From Myxococcota bacterium (GTDB lineage: Bacteria > Myxococcota_A > UBA9160 > UBA6930), in the NCBI GenBank assembly GCA_965223705.1, contig OZ245015.1, forward strand, positions 352,001 to 416,000: a DNA stretch of 64,000 nt, read 5' to 3'. A program made the translations under genes and the position numbers. Below are positions 18,665 through 28,273 of this stretch, in pieces; position 1 is the first letter of the stretch, and every line of letters starts with the position of its first letter. The notes under the pieces were generated by a model, which had not been told where the DNA came from, ran no database searches, and saw only the letters and a list, made by a program, of their open reading frames with translations.

Positions 18665-19162
18665 GTGATTGCAGCGCCTTTCGACGAGCGACGCGACACC
18701 GTTCGACCCGAGTGGATCGATCGCAACGGCCACTTGAACGTCGGCTACTACGTCTTGGCTTTCGACTTTGCGACCGATGCCTTCCTCGCTTGGCTCGGAC
18801 TCACGGACGAACACCGCGCGGCCGAAAGGATCGCGACGTTCGCGCTCGAAGGGCACGTCACGTATCAGCGCGAAGTGAAAGAAGGCGATCCCCTGCGATT
18901 TACCACTCAGCTCCTGGACTTCGACGCGAAGCGCGTCCACTACTTCCACCGCATGTACCACGGCTCCGAGGGATATGTGGCGGCGACGAGCGAGTGTCTG
19001 TCACTGCACGTGAGCCAAGAGACGCGGCGATCCGCGCCGTTTCATCCGTCCGTGCTCGAGCGGATCGAGGGCGTCCTCGACGCGCATCGGGAATTGCCGA
19101 GACCCGATGAAGTCGGGAGGGTGATGGGACTGCGGTCGAAGCCGACGACGACTCCGTCCTAG
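18665..19162 (+). CDS. Hotdog-fold acyl-CoA thioesterase family protein
   Basis: VRPEWIDRNGHLNVGYY motif. Confidence 0.85.
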   Translation: MIAAPFDERRDTVRPEWIDRNGHLNVGYYVLAFDFATDAFLAWLGLTDEHRAAERIATFALEGHVTYQREVKEGDPLRFTTQLLDFDAKRVHYFHRMYHGSEGYVAATSECLSLHVSQETRRSAPFHPSVLERIEGVLDAHRELPRPDEVGRVMGLRSKPTTTPS

Positions 19163-19170
19163 TTGCCGGC

Positions 19171-20673
19171 CTATCCCTTCGCGCGGAGATTGAAGCGCTG
19201 GATCTTTCCGGTCGCGGTCTTCGGAAGTGCGTCGACGAAGACGACCCATCGCGGGTACTTGTGCGGAGTGAGGCGCGCCTTGACGTGCTCCCGCAGCTCC
19301 GCTTCAAGCGCTTCGCCCGGTACGGCGTCACCGACGAGCACTACGTACGCTTTCGGCTTGACGAGCTCGCGATCGTCCAACGCTCCGACGACGGCCGCTT
19401 CGAGGACTGCGGGGTGTTCGATCAAGGCGCTTTCCACCTCGATGGGAGACACCCACTGACCGCTGACCTTCAAGAGATCGTCTTGGCGGCCCGCGTGCTG
19501 GAAGGTTCCGTCGGCGTGGGCGACGTAGCGATCACCGGTTCGCAACCAACCGGGCTCAAACATCGTGTGCTCGGTCGCGTCGGGTCGGTTGTGATAGCGG
19601 CGCGCGGCGCTCTCGCCGCAAACCAAGAGCTCACCCGACTCGCCGGGGTCGACGTCGCGCATGGCGTCGTCGACGACGCGAACGGAATAGCCGGGGACGG
19701 GAGCGCCGCTCGTCCCGGGACGCACCCGACCTGCGCGGTTTGAGAGAAAGATGTGGAGCATCTCTGTGCTCCCGATGCCGTCGAGAATTTCGATCCCGAA
19801 CCGGTCGCGAAATGCCTCGAAGATCGGTGCCGGAAGCGCTTCGCCTGCCGAGGCGCAAACGCGAACGCGACCGAGTGAGGAAGGCAGAGACGGGCTTGCG
19901 AGCATCGCCGCGTAGAGTGTCGGTACGCCGAAAAAAATGGTCGGTTCGTGGCGCTCGATGAGTTCGAACATCGCTTCGGGGGTCGGTCGATCCGCGTAGA
20001 GGATCGCTTCCGCACCGAGCCACAGTGGAAACGTCAAGGCATTCCCGAGGCCGTAAGCGAAGAAAAGTTTCGCCGCGGAGAGCAGACGGTCCTGCGGGCC
20101 GATCTCGAGGATCTCCCGCGCGTAGTGTTCCGCGGTGAAGGCCAAGTCCGGCGGCCGGTGGACGACGCCTTTCGGTTTTCCCGTCGTCCCCGATGTATAG
20201 AGCCAAAACGCGTCGTCGGTCGTGTCCGTCGGCACGGTCGGGGCGGTATCTCCGGAACGAAAGAGCGCTTCGTCCCCTCGGAACACCTGACAGCCTTCGG
20301 GGAAAAGCTCCGATGTTGCGAGTCCGTCCGGCAAGCCCCGGTCGACAACGGCGGCCCGAACGTTCGCGTCCTGCGCGATGAAGGCGATGTCCTTCGCGGG
20401 AAGAAGCGTCGAAACCGGGATCGGAACGACGCCACCGCGCAGGGCGCCGAGAAAAAACGCCGGGAATTTCACCGTGTCGAGAAGGAGCAGTAGAACGCGA
20501 TCGCCGGGGACGAGGCCCTGTGCCGCGAACGCGCTTTGCACGGATCGGGCGGCGCTTACCAGCTCGTCCGCCGCGACCCACCGAGGTGACCGGTCTTCGC
20601 CGGTTTCGAGATAGACACGCTCCGAGCCGCGCGCCCGGACCCGCTCGAGGATCGAATCCCCCGCATTCATCAT
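19171..20673 (-). CDS. Benzoate-CoA ligase family AMP-binding enzyme
   Basis: WLYTSGTTGKPKG, AKLFFAYGLGN, DGIGSTEMLHIF and LPKTATGKIQR. Confidence 0.9.
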   Translation of the reverse strand: MMNAGDSILERVRARGSERVYLETGEDRSPRWVAADELVSAARSVQSAFAAQGLVPGDRVLLLLLDTVKFPAFFLGALRGGVVPIPVSTLLPAKDIAFIAQDANVRAAVVDRGLPDGLATSELFPEGCQVFRGDEALFRSGDTAPTVPTDTTDDAFWLYTSGTTGKPKGVVHRPPDLAFTAEHYAREILEIGPQDRLLSAAKLFFAYGLGNALTFPLWLGAEAILYADRPTPEAMFELIERHEPTIFFGVPTLYAAMLASPSLPSSLGRVRVCASAGEALPAPIFEAFRDRFGIEILDGIGSTEMLHIFLSNRAGRVRPGTSGAPVPGYSVRVVDDAMRDVDPGESGELLVCGESAARRYHNRPDATEHTMFEPGWLRTGDRYVAHADGTFQHAGRQDDLLKVSGQWVSPIEVESALIEHPAVLEAAVVGALDDRELVKPKAYVVLVGDAVPGEALEAELREHVKARLTPHKYPRWVVFVDALPKTATGKIQRFNLRAKG

Positions 20674-20684
20674 GTGCTCTTCTC

Positions 20685-23273
20685 CTACTCCGCGCGAATG
20701 GCAAACGCGGCCGAAGCACTCCCCAGTTCCGGGGGCTTCGTGGCGATCCGGTCTTCGGGCAGGCCGAACTCAGCGAGCGCGTCCGCAATCACCCGACCTC
20801 GCTCCGTTGCCAGCGCGTTGGCGTCACCCGCTTCGGGTGCGACTTCCTCGGCAGTCGCCGAGCCCACGATATCGATGGCCAGCGCCGGTCGCTCCACCAG
20901 GGCATTCGCGAGTACGCGAACTTGTTCTCGGCCGGCTTCATCGAGCGCGGCGCTTCCCGGAGCGAACGCGACGGTCTCGAGGCCCTCCCCGCCACCCGGA
21001 ACGATGTTGCCCAGCAGAGCGAACGGAGATGCCGCGACTTTCGTGATGAGGTTGACCAGGGCTTTCAAGATGACGCCGCCGAAACTGAACTCGGGATCGT
21101 CGAGGTCTCCGCGCACCGGGAGATCGACGTCGATGGCGCCTTTGCGGTCGCGCAAGAGCGCGAGCGCCAGTTGAACCGGGAGTTTCGTCGCGTCCGGGCT
21201 TTCGATCCTCTCTCCCAACGCGAATTGATCGAGGAAGATTTCGTGCTCGCCGCGGAAGACGCGATCCTGTAGTTCGTAGTCGACGGTCAGGGTGAGCGAA
21301 CCCGCGTCGACGGGGCGGCCCACGAAGCGTCGCGCATAGGTCGAGAACGGGCGCAGGCCGATGCCTTCGAATTTCGCTTGTAGGCTCGTGTCTTCGCGCT
21401 TCTGCAAGTTGCGGAGCGTTCCGTGGATCCGAACTTCCCCCTGCCCGTCGAGCCGGCCGCGCAGATCGAGCTGGGAGCGCGTCGGATCGGTTGAATCGAG
21501 GCCCTTGATGTTGCCGTCGAGCTCCGCGAGTCGCGTTTCAAAGGGCGGATCGACGCCGGTGTCGCGAAAGCGGAGCTTGCCCCCGGCGATGGCGACCGTG
21601 CCGATGGTGACGACCGTCGCCCGATCGGAGGTGGGAGGCGGCGGCGCATCCTTCGACGGACGCTTCGTCAGCTCTTCGGTGTTGAGCGCGCCGCTCGCGT
21701 TGCGGGAGAGCCTGACGTCAGGCTGCGCCAACGTGAGCCGGGCAAGATCGAAACGGCCTCGCCGCGTATCGAAGGCCAGGTCTTTTGCATCGATCCCGCC
21801 GAGCGCGAGCAGGACCCCGCTGTCCCGTGTGCGGACCACCGTGGGACCCAGGTCGACGGAAAGGTCTCCCGATGCGCCTTTTTCGTCGAACTCGATGCGA
21901 CCCTTTGCTGTCACAACGCCCCCTTCGAGCGCCGCAAGGACTGCGCGGTCGACATAGGCCTGGAACTCCGTCGCCGCGAGGTCCCGCACGTCGACTTCGA
22001 GCTCGCCTTTCGCGGGTGCGATTCCAACCGGACCCGAGAGAGCCATGGCGCCTTGTTCCTGGATCCTGGTTTCGACGTCGAGCGCGATCGGCGGGGCGTT
22101 CTCCGCGGGCCAAGCAAAATCGTTCGCGCGGATTCGAATTTCGTGAAGGCGCACCCGGGCCTCCGGCTCATCCGATCGGTCGGACCAATCGAGCTGCCCG
22201 TTGCGAAGCTCGAACACGGGGACGGTGAGCAGCCAGGGCTCTTCAGTTTGGGCAGTAGCGTCGGCGGCTTCGGCCGGTTCGTCGGCCCCGTCGGATTCCG
22301 ACATCGCGAACCCCAGGTCGAGCTCGCCCTGTTCGTCGAGTCCGATCGCGAAGGCCGGTTCCTCGACTTCGACCCGCCCGATCTCGGCGCGTCGGGCGGC
22401 ACTGTCGATCGAGACACCGTCCACGGCGATGCGAGCGATGCGCTGCTTCTCGCCCAGCACCAGCCCCTCGACTGTGAGCCCGGCATCGTCGAGAACGACG
22501 GCCAAGACGTCCCCCACTTGAGCGATTGCGTAATGCCCTTTGAAGGACGCCCGGCCTCCCGCGAGACGAGGCACGGACGGAGGGGCGAGCGCGACGAGTT
22601 CTGGAAGTTGCAACTGGTTGAGCTCGATGTGACCAGACGAGCGAAGCGGATCCGGTGAGAACGAACCCTGCCAGCGGATCGCGGCATCCTTCCAGGCGCC
22701 GGACAGGGAGTAGAGCCCCGAGTCGCTATCGGGTTTCGTCGAAAAATCTTCGAAACGAAAGTCGAGTGGACCGAAGGCGAGCTCGGCGGGCGGCGTCTTC
22801 CCGGCGTCGGTGTACCGGCCGGTGAAGCGCGCGATCTCGAGTCGGCCAACCTCGATGATCCACGGCTCCGATTCCTCTTCCGGCGTCTCGGGAGGTGCGG
22901 CTTCGGATTCGAAGAGGTCCTCGATGCCGAACGTGCCGTCGGGCGCGCGCCGCGCGACGACAGAAGGCTCGGTGATTTCGAGTGCCGCGATACGTATCGT
23001 GCCGCGCAGCATCGCGGTCGGATCGAGGTTGGTCGCGATTTCGCCGAAGGCGATCCATGGATCTCCTTCGGGCGTCGCGACGGCGAGATCGTTCGCGGTG
23101 AGCTGGAAACGCCATGGGTTGAAACGCGCGTTTCCGATCGTCGCCGCGCGACCCGTTTCACGCTCGACAAGATCGGGCAGCTTCGTCTCGATCCAGTAGG
23201 GAACGCCCAAATGCCCAGCGAGCCCATACACCGCGAGGAGGGCAACAACGACAATCGCCAAGCGTTTCGGCAT
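20685..23273 (-). CDS. DUF748-domain (AsmA-like) envelope protein
   Basis: N-terminal membrane anchor, RFNPW, and LPVQLALALLRDRKGAIDVDLPVRGDLDDPEFS..SPFALLG; TGATG coupling to upstream gene. Confidence 0.85.
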   Translation of the reverse strand: MPKRLAIVVVALLAVYGLAGHLGVPYWIETKLPDLVERETGRAATIGNARFNPWRFQLTANDLAVATPEGDPWIAFGEIATNLDPTAMLRGTIRIAALEITEPSVVARRAPDGTFGIEDLFESEAAPPETPEEESEPWIIEVGRLEIARFTGRYTDAGKTPPAELAFGPLDFRFEDFSTKPDSDSGLYSLSGAWKDAAIRWQGSFSPDPLRSSGHIELNQLQLPELVALAPPSVPRLAGGRASFKGHYAIAQVGDVLAVVLDDAGLTVEGLVLGEKQRIARIAVDGVSIDSAARRAEIGRVEVEEPAFAIGLDEQGELDLGFAMSESDGADEPAEAADATAQTEEPWLLTVPVFELRNGQLDWSDRSDEPEARVRLHEIRIRANDFAWPAENAPPIALDVETRIQEQGAMALSGPVGIAPAKGELEVDVRDLAATEFQAYVDRAVLAALEGGVVTAKGRIEFDEKGASGDLSVDLGPTVVRTRDSGVLLALGGIDAKDLAFDTRRGRFDLARLTLAQPDVRLSRNASGALNTEELTKRPSKDAPPPPTSDRATVVTIGTVAIAGGKLRFRDTGVDPPFETRLAELDGNIKGLDSTDPTRSQLDLRGRLDGQGEVRIHGTLRNLQKREDTSLQAKFEGIGLRPFSTYARRFVGRPVDAGSLTLTVDYELQDRVFRGEHEIFLDQFALGERIESPDATKLPVQLALALLRDRKGAIDVDLPVRGDLDDPEFSFGGVILKALVNLITKVAASPFALLGNIVPGGGEGLETVAFAPGSAALDEAGREQVRVLANALVERPALAIDIVGSATAEEVAPEAGDANALATERGRVIADALAEFGLPEDRIATKPPELGSASAAFAIRAE

Positions 23274-24970
23274 CAGGGCTTCTTCAGGGCGAATACCCAG
23301 AGCACGCCGCCTTGCGGAACGTGGGTGTCCGGATCGAACATGCGATTCAGGATCTCCTGCTTGCGCTCCGCGTCGACTCCCCAGCCCGACTGGACGGCGA
23401 CGTATTGCACGCCGTCGATCGCGTAGCTGACGGGCACGCCGAGCACGCCCGAATTCGTGCGCTGTTGCCACAGGATCTTGCCCGTCTCGGCATCGAACGC
23501 CCGGAAGTATCGGTCGTTTGTGCCACCGGCGAAGACCACGTCGCCCGCCGTGACCAGGACGGGGCCCCAATTGTGGCGTGGAAAGGTCTGGGTCCACACT
23601 TCTTCGGCGCGGTCGACGTGCCACGCCTGGAGTTCGCCAATCGTTTTCGGTTCGCCTTCCGGAAAGTCGAGTTCGATCACCGAGATGTCGACTCCGATGT
23701 GAAACGGAGGTGTGTCCTCTTCCACCGGCTGACCTTTGAACACCGAGCAGTGATTGTCGTTCGCCGGGATATAGACCATGCGCGTGCGCGGGCTGTACGC
23801 CGCGGGCGGCCAATCCTTGCCACCCCAAGCCGAAGGGCAGAAAGTCACCGTCTTTCCGGTCGCAGGCTTTCGCTCGGGGTCGTAGGACGGCCGTCCCGTC
23901 TCGGGATCGAGCCCCGTGAAAACGTTCTGCCGGACGTAGGGTTTGGCGTCGACGAATCCGATCGGGCCGCCCCTTCGCTCGAGAAACCACAGGTAACCGT
24001 TTCGGCCCGGATGGATGAGGCCGCGTTTCTCGGCGTCGCCGCGACGGAACGGAGCCAAGATCGGCGCGGACACTTCGTCCCAATCCCAGGAGCCGTTCCA
24101 GTGGTACTGGTGGTGTCCGCGGATGGCGCCCGTCGCGACGTCGAGGGCCAAGACGGAATTCGCGTAGAGGTTGTCTCCAGGTCGCTGATCCCCGATCCAC
24201 GGCCCCGCGTTCCCCGTCCCCCAGTACGCGATCCGGGTCTCGATGTCGTAGGTGCCGGTCACCCATACGGGCACACCGCCGCGGGCGTGCTTGCCTTCGG
24301 GCCAGGAATCGCCCCCGGGCTCGCCGGGTAGGGGGATCGTGTGGGTCTTCCACGCGAGGTCTCCCGTCTCGGCGTCGAAAGCGGCCACGAACCCCCGCAC
24401 GCCGAGCTCGCCACCCGAAACACCGACCATCACCTTCTCTTCGGCGACCAGCGGCGCGAGGGTCATGTAGTAGCCCTCGCTGTAGTCCTCGACTTCGCGG
24501 TCGAAGAGCACCTCGCCGGTCTTCGCATCGAGTGCGACGAGACGCGCGTCGACCGTCGCCAAGTAGACACGGTCGCCGTAGAGGGCCACGCCTCGGTTCG
24601 TCGGATGGAGTTGAAACAAATCTTCCGGGATCTCGTGGCGGTAGCGCCAGCGCAGCTCGCCGCGCCGGGCGTCAAGCGCCAACACTTCATTCGCCGGCGT
24701 CGTGATGAACATGAAATCGCCGTTCACGAGGGGCGGGGCTTGGTGCGCTTCCCGCGAGCCGGTGGAGAAACTCCATACCGAAGCGAGTTGCGCGACGTTT
24801 ACGCGATCGATGCCGTCGAGTTCGCTGTAGCCCCAGCCTGCGTAGTTGCCACGGTACTGCAGCCAGTTCGACGGCTCGGGTGCCCGCAACCGCGCGTCCG
24901 TGACGGTGTCGTAGGCATTCGCCGAAAGTGGCAGTAGAAGGAGGAGGAAGTAAACGGGGATTGCGCGCAT
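23273..24970 (-). CDS. PQQ-dependent dehydrogenase, methanol/ethanol family (no vicinal Cys-Cys; D-W-D motif)
   Basis: Sec signal; GVSGGELGVRG, WGTGN, RPGDNLY, WDWDE and GVQYVAVQSGWG. Confidence 0.9.
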   Translation of the reverse strand: MRAIPVYFLLLLLPLSANAYDTVTDARLRAPEPSNWLQYRGNYAGWGYSELDGIDRVNVAQLASVWSFSTGSREAHQAPPLVNGDFMFITTPANEVLALDARRGELRWRYRHEIPEDLFQLHPTNRGVALYGDRVYLATVDARLVALDAKTGEVLFDREVEDYSEGYYMTLAPLVAEEKVMVGVSGGELGVRGFVAAFDAETGDLAWKTHTIPLPGEPGGDSWPEGKHARGGVPVWVTGTYDIETRIAYWGTGNAGPWIGDQRPGDNLYANSVLALDVATGAIRGHHQYHWNGSWDWDEVSAPILAPFRRGDAEKRGLIHPGRNGYLWFLERRGGPIGFVDAKPYVRQNVFTGLDPETGRPSYDPERKPATGKTVTFCPSAWGGKDWPPAAYSPRTRMVYIPANDNHCSVFKGQPVEEDTPPFHIGVDISVIELDFPEGEPKTIGELQAWHVDRAEEVWTQTFPRHNWGPVLVTAGDVVFAGGTNDRYFRAFDAETGKILWQQRTNSGVLGVPVSYAIDGVQYVAVQSGWGVDAERKQEILNRMFDPDTHVPQGGVLWVFALKKP

Positions 24971-24980
24971 GTCGTCTCGC

Positions 24981-25553
24981 TCAAGTGGTCGTGAAACCGA
25001 CGCGACCGGAGAAGCCGCGACGTACAAACAGAGCTCCATCTCGAACTTCGAGAGGAAGCTGTGCGAGGCGGCGCGGCGCCGGCCCGCCCATCACGTCACC
25101 GCGGTTGCTCGGGTCGAAGGTCGAGCCGTGACACGGGCACACGAGATGTCCGGTCTCGTCGCGCCCGGCGATATCGCACCCGGTGTGTGTGCAGACCGAC
25201 GAGTAAGCGACGACGCCGTCCGCAGCGCCTTCCGCCGTGCGACTCGACAGCGTCGTCTCGTCGACCCGGACGAGAAGCACACGGTTTAGACGCGACCCGT
25301 CTCGTACGGTGCCCGTCTTGGGGTCTTTCGCGAAGGCCGCCAGCGTATCCCCCGCGACGTCTTTGGTGTGGATCGCTTCGCCCTCGCGCGGGCCTTCGGC
25401 GAAAACCAAGACATCCCCTTTTCGGGGGCGCATTTTCTCCGGGGGCTTCGCTTTCTTGTTCGCCTCGGGGAATCCGAGAGAGAGCGCACCGCTCGCCGCG
25501 AGAAGCAGCGAATCGCGACGGGACAGCGTGGGGGTGGTTCGTGATTTCGCCAT
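24981..25553 (-). CDS. Rieske [2Fe-2S] protein with Tat-like signal
   Basis: SRRDSLL; CTHTGC and CPCHGSTFD boxes. Confidence 0.9.
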   Translation of the reverse strand: MAKSRTTPTLSRRDSLLLAASGALSLGFPEANKKAKPPEKMRPRKGDVLVFAEGPREGEAIHTKDVAGDTLAAFAKDPKTGTVRDGSRLNRVLLVRVDETTLSSRTAEGAADGVVAYSSVCTHTGCDIAGRDETGHLVCPCHGSTFDPSNRGDVMGGPAPRRLAQLPLEVRDGALFVRRGFSGRVGFTTT

Positions 25554-25626
25554 GTCTGACAGACGAGACTAGCGCGCTGAAGTTTCATTCCCCTTGGCGG
25601 GATTTCTCGGTGCTACGCTCGCGGAC

Positions 25627-26124
25627 ATGGCATCCAACGATTTCTCGGCCCTCGTAGAACTCGCAGCGAAGATCGGGGAGCGCCTGGTCGCCCGCCGAGA
25701 AATGGTGGCGGTTGCAGAATCCTCGGCGGGCGGTTTGATCTCTTCCGCCCTGCTCGCCGTGCCCGGAGCCTCTCGCTACTTCCGCGGCGCGGGGGTGATC
25801 TACACCCACGAGGCGCGTCGGGGGCTGCTCGCGATCCCAGACGACAAGCTCGAAGGCGTCCGCCCGAGCAGCGAGCCGTACATCACGATTCTCGCCCAGG
25901 GAATCCACGCTCGTCTCGAAACGGCGTGGGTCCTCGCCGAATCCGGTGCGACGGGCCCCACCGGGAACCGCTACGGCGACGCTCCGGGCCACGCCTGCTA
26001 CGCCGTGATCGGCCCCGACACGTTGCGGACCCATACCCTGGAAACCGGCGACGACGATCGGGTGGCGAACATGTTCCGCTTTGCACAGGTCGGGCTCGAA
26101 CAGCTCGACGCGGCCGTTCCCTGA
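25627..26124 (+). CDS. CinA/PncC-family NMN deamidase-like protein
   Basis: VAVAESSAGGLI, VPGASRYF and ESGATGP. Confidence 0.85.
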   Translation: MASNDFSALVELAAKIGERLVARREMVAVAESSAGGLISSALLAVPGASRYFRGAGVIYTHEARRGLLAIPDDKLEGVRPSSEPYITILAQGIHARLETAWVLAESGATGPTGNRYGDAPGHACYAVIGPDTLRTHTLETGDDDRVANMFRFAQVGLEQLDAAVP

Positions 26125-26134
26125 GCCACGCGCG

Positions 26135-26524
26135 ATGTCCGACGACCAGGAGATCCTCGCCGCCCACCGCGCGTTCTATGTCGCATTCGCCGCGGGAGAC
26201 GCGAACGCGATGGAGGCTTGTTGGGCTGCAGAGACGCCCATCCACACGGCCCATCCCTGGCGCCCGTCTCTCAACGGTCGCGCGGAAGTGCTCGCGAGCT
26301 GGCGCATGGTGCTCGAGCAACCGCCGCCGATCCGCTGCAGCGACGAGTCCCTGACTCGCGTCCAGGATGTGGCGGTTGTGACTTGTGTCGAGCACGTCGC
26401 CGGAGGGCGGCTCGCGGCGACGAATCTGCTCGTGCGCGAAGCGGCGGGCTGGAAAATGTTTCACCACCACGCCGGGCCCCTCGCTCCGGAGCCCGAAGCC
26501 CCGTCCCCGAGGCGCGTGCACTGA
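26135..26524 (+). CDS. NTF2/SnoaL-like domain protein
   Basis: AFYVAFAAGD..HPW..GR..VLASW..ATN..WKMFHHHA. Confidence 0.8.
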   Translation: MSDDQEILAAHRAFYVAFAAGDANAMEACWAAETPIHTAHPWRPSLNGRAEVLASWRMVLEQPPPIRCSDESLTRVQDVAVVTCVEHVAGGRLAATNLLVREAAGWKMFHHHAGPLAPEPEAPSPRRVH

Positions 26525-26585
26525 CGGTGGGAAAGAGCGCCGGTCCGTGTCACGATACAGCTCGGGGGGACGGAGGCCGCAACGC

Positions 26586-27377
26586 GTGATCCGACTCAAC
26601 TTCGTTCTGCATCGCAACAAGAATCTGTCGCGAGAGAAATTCCAACTCTACTGGCGTGAGACCCACGGACCGCTGGTCGCGAGCGTCCAGCGCGCACTCG
26701 GCATCCGCCGCTACGTGCAGAATCACACCGTCGACGACGCGATGAGCCAGGGCTTCCGGGAGCCGCGGGAGGGCATGCAGGAACCGCCGGACGGCATCGC
26801 GAGCTTGTGGTTCGACACACGCGAAGAACTCGCCGCCGCTTTCGAAAGCGCTGAAGGGCGCGAAGCGGGACAGCTCCTCCTCGAGGATGAGAAGAAGTTC
26901 ATCGATTTGGAACGATCTCCCATCTGGCTCGCCCAAGAGATCGCGCAGATCAATCCGATGCCCGAGAACAGCATCGTCGCGACTCCCGAGAGCACGTGGG
27001 TGAAGCTCTGCTACTTGCTGAACCCGCTTCCGGGTATGTCGGAAGAAGCCTGTCAGAAAACCTGGCGCATGGATCACGGCTACCTCATCCGCAAGCACAG
27101 CGGACCGACATGCTTCCAGCGCTACATCCAGAACCACACGCTCGACGATCCGCTGAACGCTCCGCTGCGCGCGTCGCGCAACGCTCCGGCGCCGTACACG
27201 GGCCTCACCGAAGCCTGGTTCGACCGTTACGATCTGGAAAAGATCTTGGCCTCTCCCGAGAGCGAGGGCGCCTTGGGCTTCGGCTATTTCCTCGAGGATG
27301 AGCGCCGCTTTATCGACTTCAACCAATCGTCGGTGTGGTCCGTCAAGGAACGGGTTTTCATCGATCAATACAACTAG
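26586..27377 (+). CDS. Tandem EthD-domain protein
   Basis: Two repeats of W...HG..RY(V/I)QNHT..WFD..EDE(K/R)xFID; GGAGG RBS. Confidence 0.85.
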   Translation: MIRLNFVLHRNKNLSREKFQLYWRETHGPLVASVQRALGIRRYVQNHTVDDAMSQGFREPREGMQEPPDGIASLWFDTREELAAAFESAEGREAGQLLLEDEKKFIDLERSPIWLAQEIAQINPMPENSIVATPESTWVKLCYLLNPLPGMSEEACQKTWRMDHGYLIRKHSGPTCFQRYIQNHTLDDPLNAPLRASRNAPAPYTGLTEAWFDRYDLEKILASPESEGALGFGYFLEDERRFIDFNQSSVWSVKERVFIDQYN

Positions 27378-27427
27378 GCGAAAGCGCGTAGGCCGCGCGC
27401 TAAGATCCGGCTAGGAGGCTGTGAGCC

Positions 27428-27862
27428 ATGCTTGCCCATATTCCCCTAGAACCTCTGATCCTGATCGGCGGCATGATTGGACTCGCCACGTTCGGCCTCG
27501 GCGCGCTCGTGGGTTCGCGGCGGAGCGCCTTGCGTCGCCAGGTGGAAGAGCTCTCCGCCTCGCTCGAGCTCGTTCAAAAAGAACGGGAACTCGCACTATC
27601 GGAGCTCGCCGCCGCGAAGGAGCGGATCGCCGAACTCGCCCGGGAGAAAGAGGCCTACCGCGCGCAGGTCGCCGACCATTTCGTCGGTGCGTCGGACCGG
27701 TTGCGAGACCTGACGCATCAGTACCGAGCGCTCTATGAGCACCTGGCGACCGGTGCGAGCGCCCTCTGTCCGGAGAACTTCTCCGCCCTCGAGGGCGGGT
27801 TCGAGGACGGGTTGCGGCTCGAAACCGGGGACGGCACCGAGGATCCTCAGGCCGAAGGGTGA
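27428..27862 (+). CDS. DUF1043/YhcB(ZapG)-like membrane-anchored coiled-coil protein
   Basis: N-terminal TM, coiled coil, YRAQVADHF..LTHQYRALYEHLATGA. Confidence 0.75.
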   Translation: MLAHIPLEPLILIGGMIGLATFGLGALVGSRRSALRRQVEELSASLELVQKERELALSELAAAKERIAELAREKEAYRAQVADHFVGASDRLRDLTHQYRALYEHLATGASALCPENFSALEGGFEDGLRLETGDGTEDPQAEG

Positions 27863-28221
27863 GCGGAGACGCCCCGGCGACCGAGCCCCTCTGTCAGCTC
27901 GATGATTTGCCCGACCCCGGCGCGCGAGGTTTCACCGTCGAGATCGACGGAAGCCCGCGCCAGATCATCGTCGTGCGCGTCGCGGAGCACGTCTACGGCT
28001 ACCTGAACTGGTGTCCCCACCGTGGGACGCCCCTCGATTGGCTGAAAGACCAGTTTCTCGACCGCGAGGGCCAATACGTCATCTGCGCGACCCACGGCGC
28101 CTACTTCCAACGGGAAGACGGGTTGTGTGTGGCCGGCCCCTGTCAGGGGGATCGGCTGCGATCCTTCCCGGTCGCTGTGCGCGATCGCGGCGTTTTCGCG
28201 GAATCTTCCCTCAAGTCTTGA
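27859..28221 (+). CDS. Rieske-type ferredoxin
   Basis: CPH and CATHGA..GLCVAGPC. Confidence 0.9.
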   Translation: MSGDAPATEPLCQLDDLPDPGARGFTVEIDGSPRQIIVVRVAEHVYGYLNWCPHRGTPLDWLKDQFLDREGQYVICATHGAYFQREDGLCVAGPCQGDRLRSFPVAVRDRGVFAESSLKS

Positions 28222-28273
28222 CCCCTACGTCACGTTGTTATCGTCGGGTGAGCAACACCCGGGGAGGCCTTCC

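Noticed and set aside
20685..24353. 1222-aa ORF as one giant protein
   Set aside because: The first 360 aa are an off-frame shadow of the PQQ dehydrogenase; the real DUF748 gene starts at 23273
24981..25553. Rieske gene as arsenite oxidase AioB or bc1 PetA
   Set aside because: No aioA molybdoenzyme or cytochrome b gene is adjacent; its neighbour is a PQQ dehydrogenase
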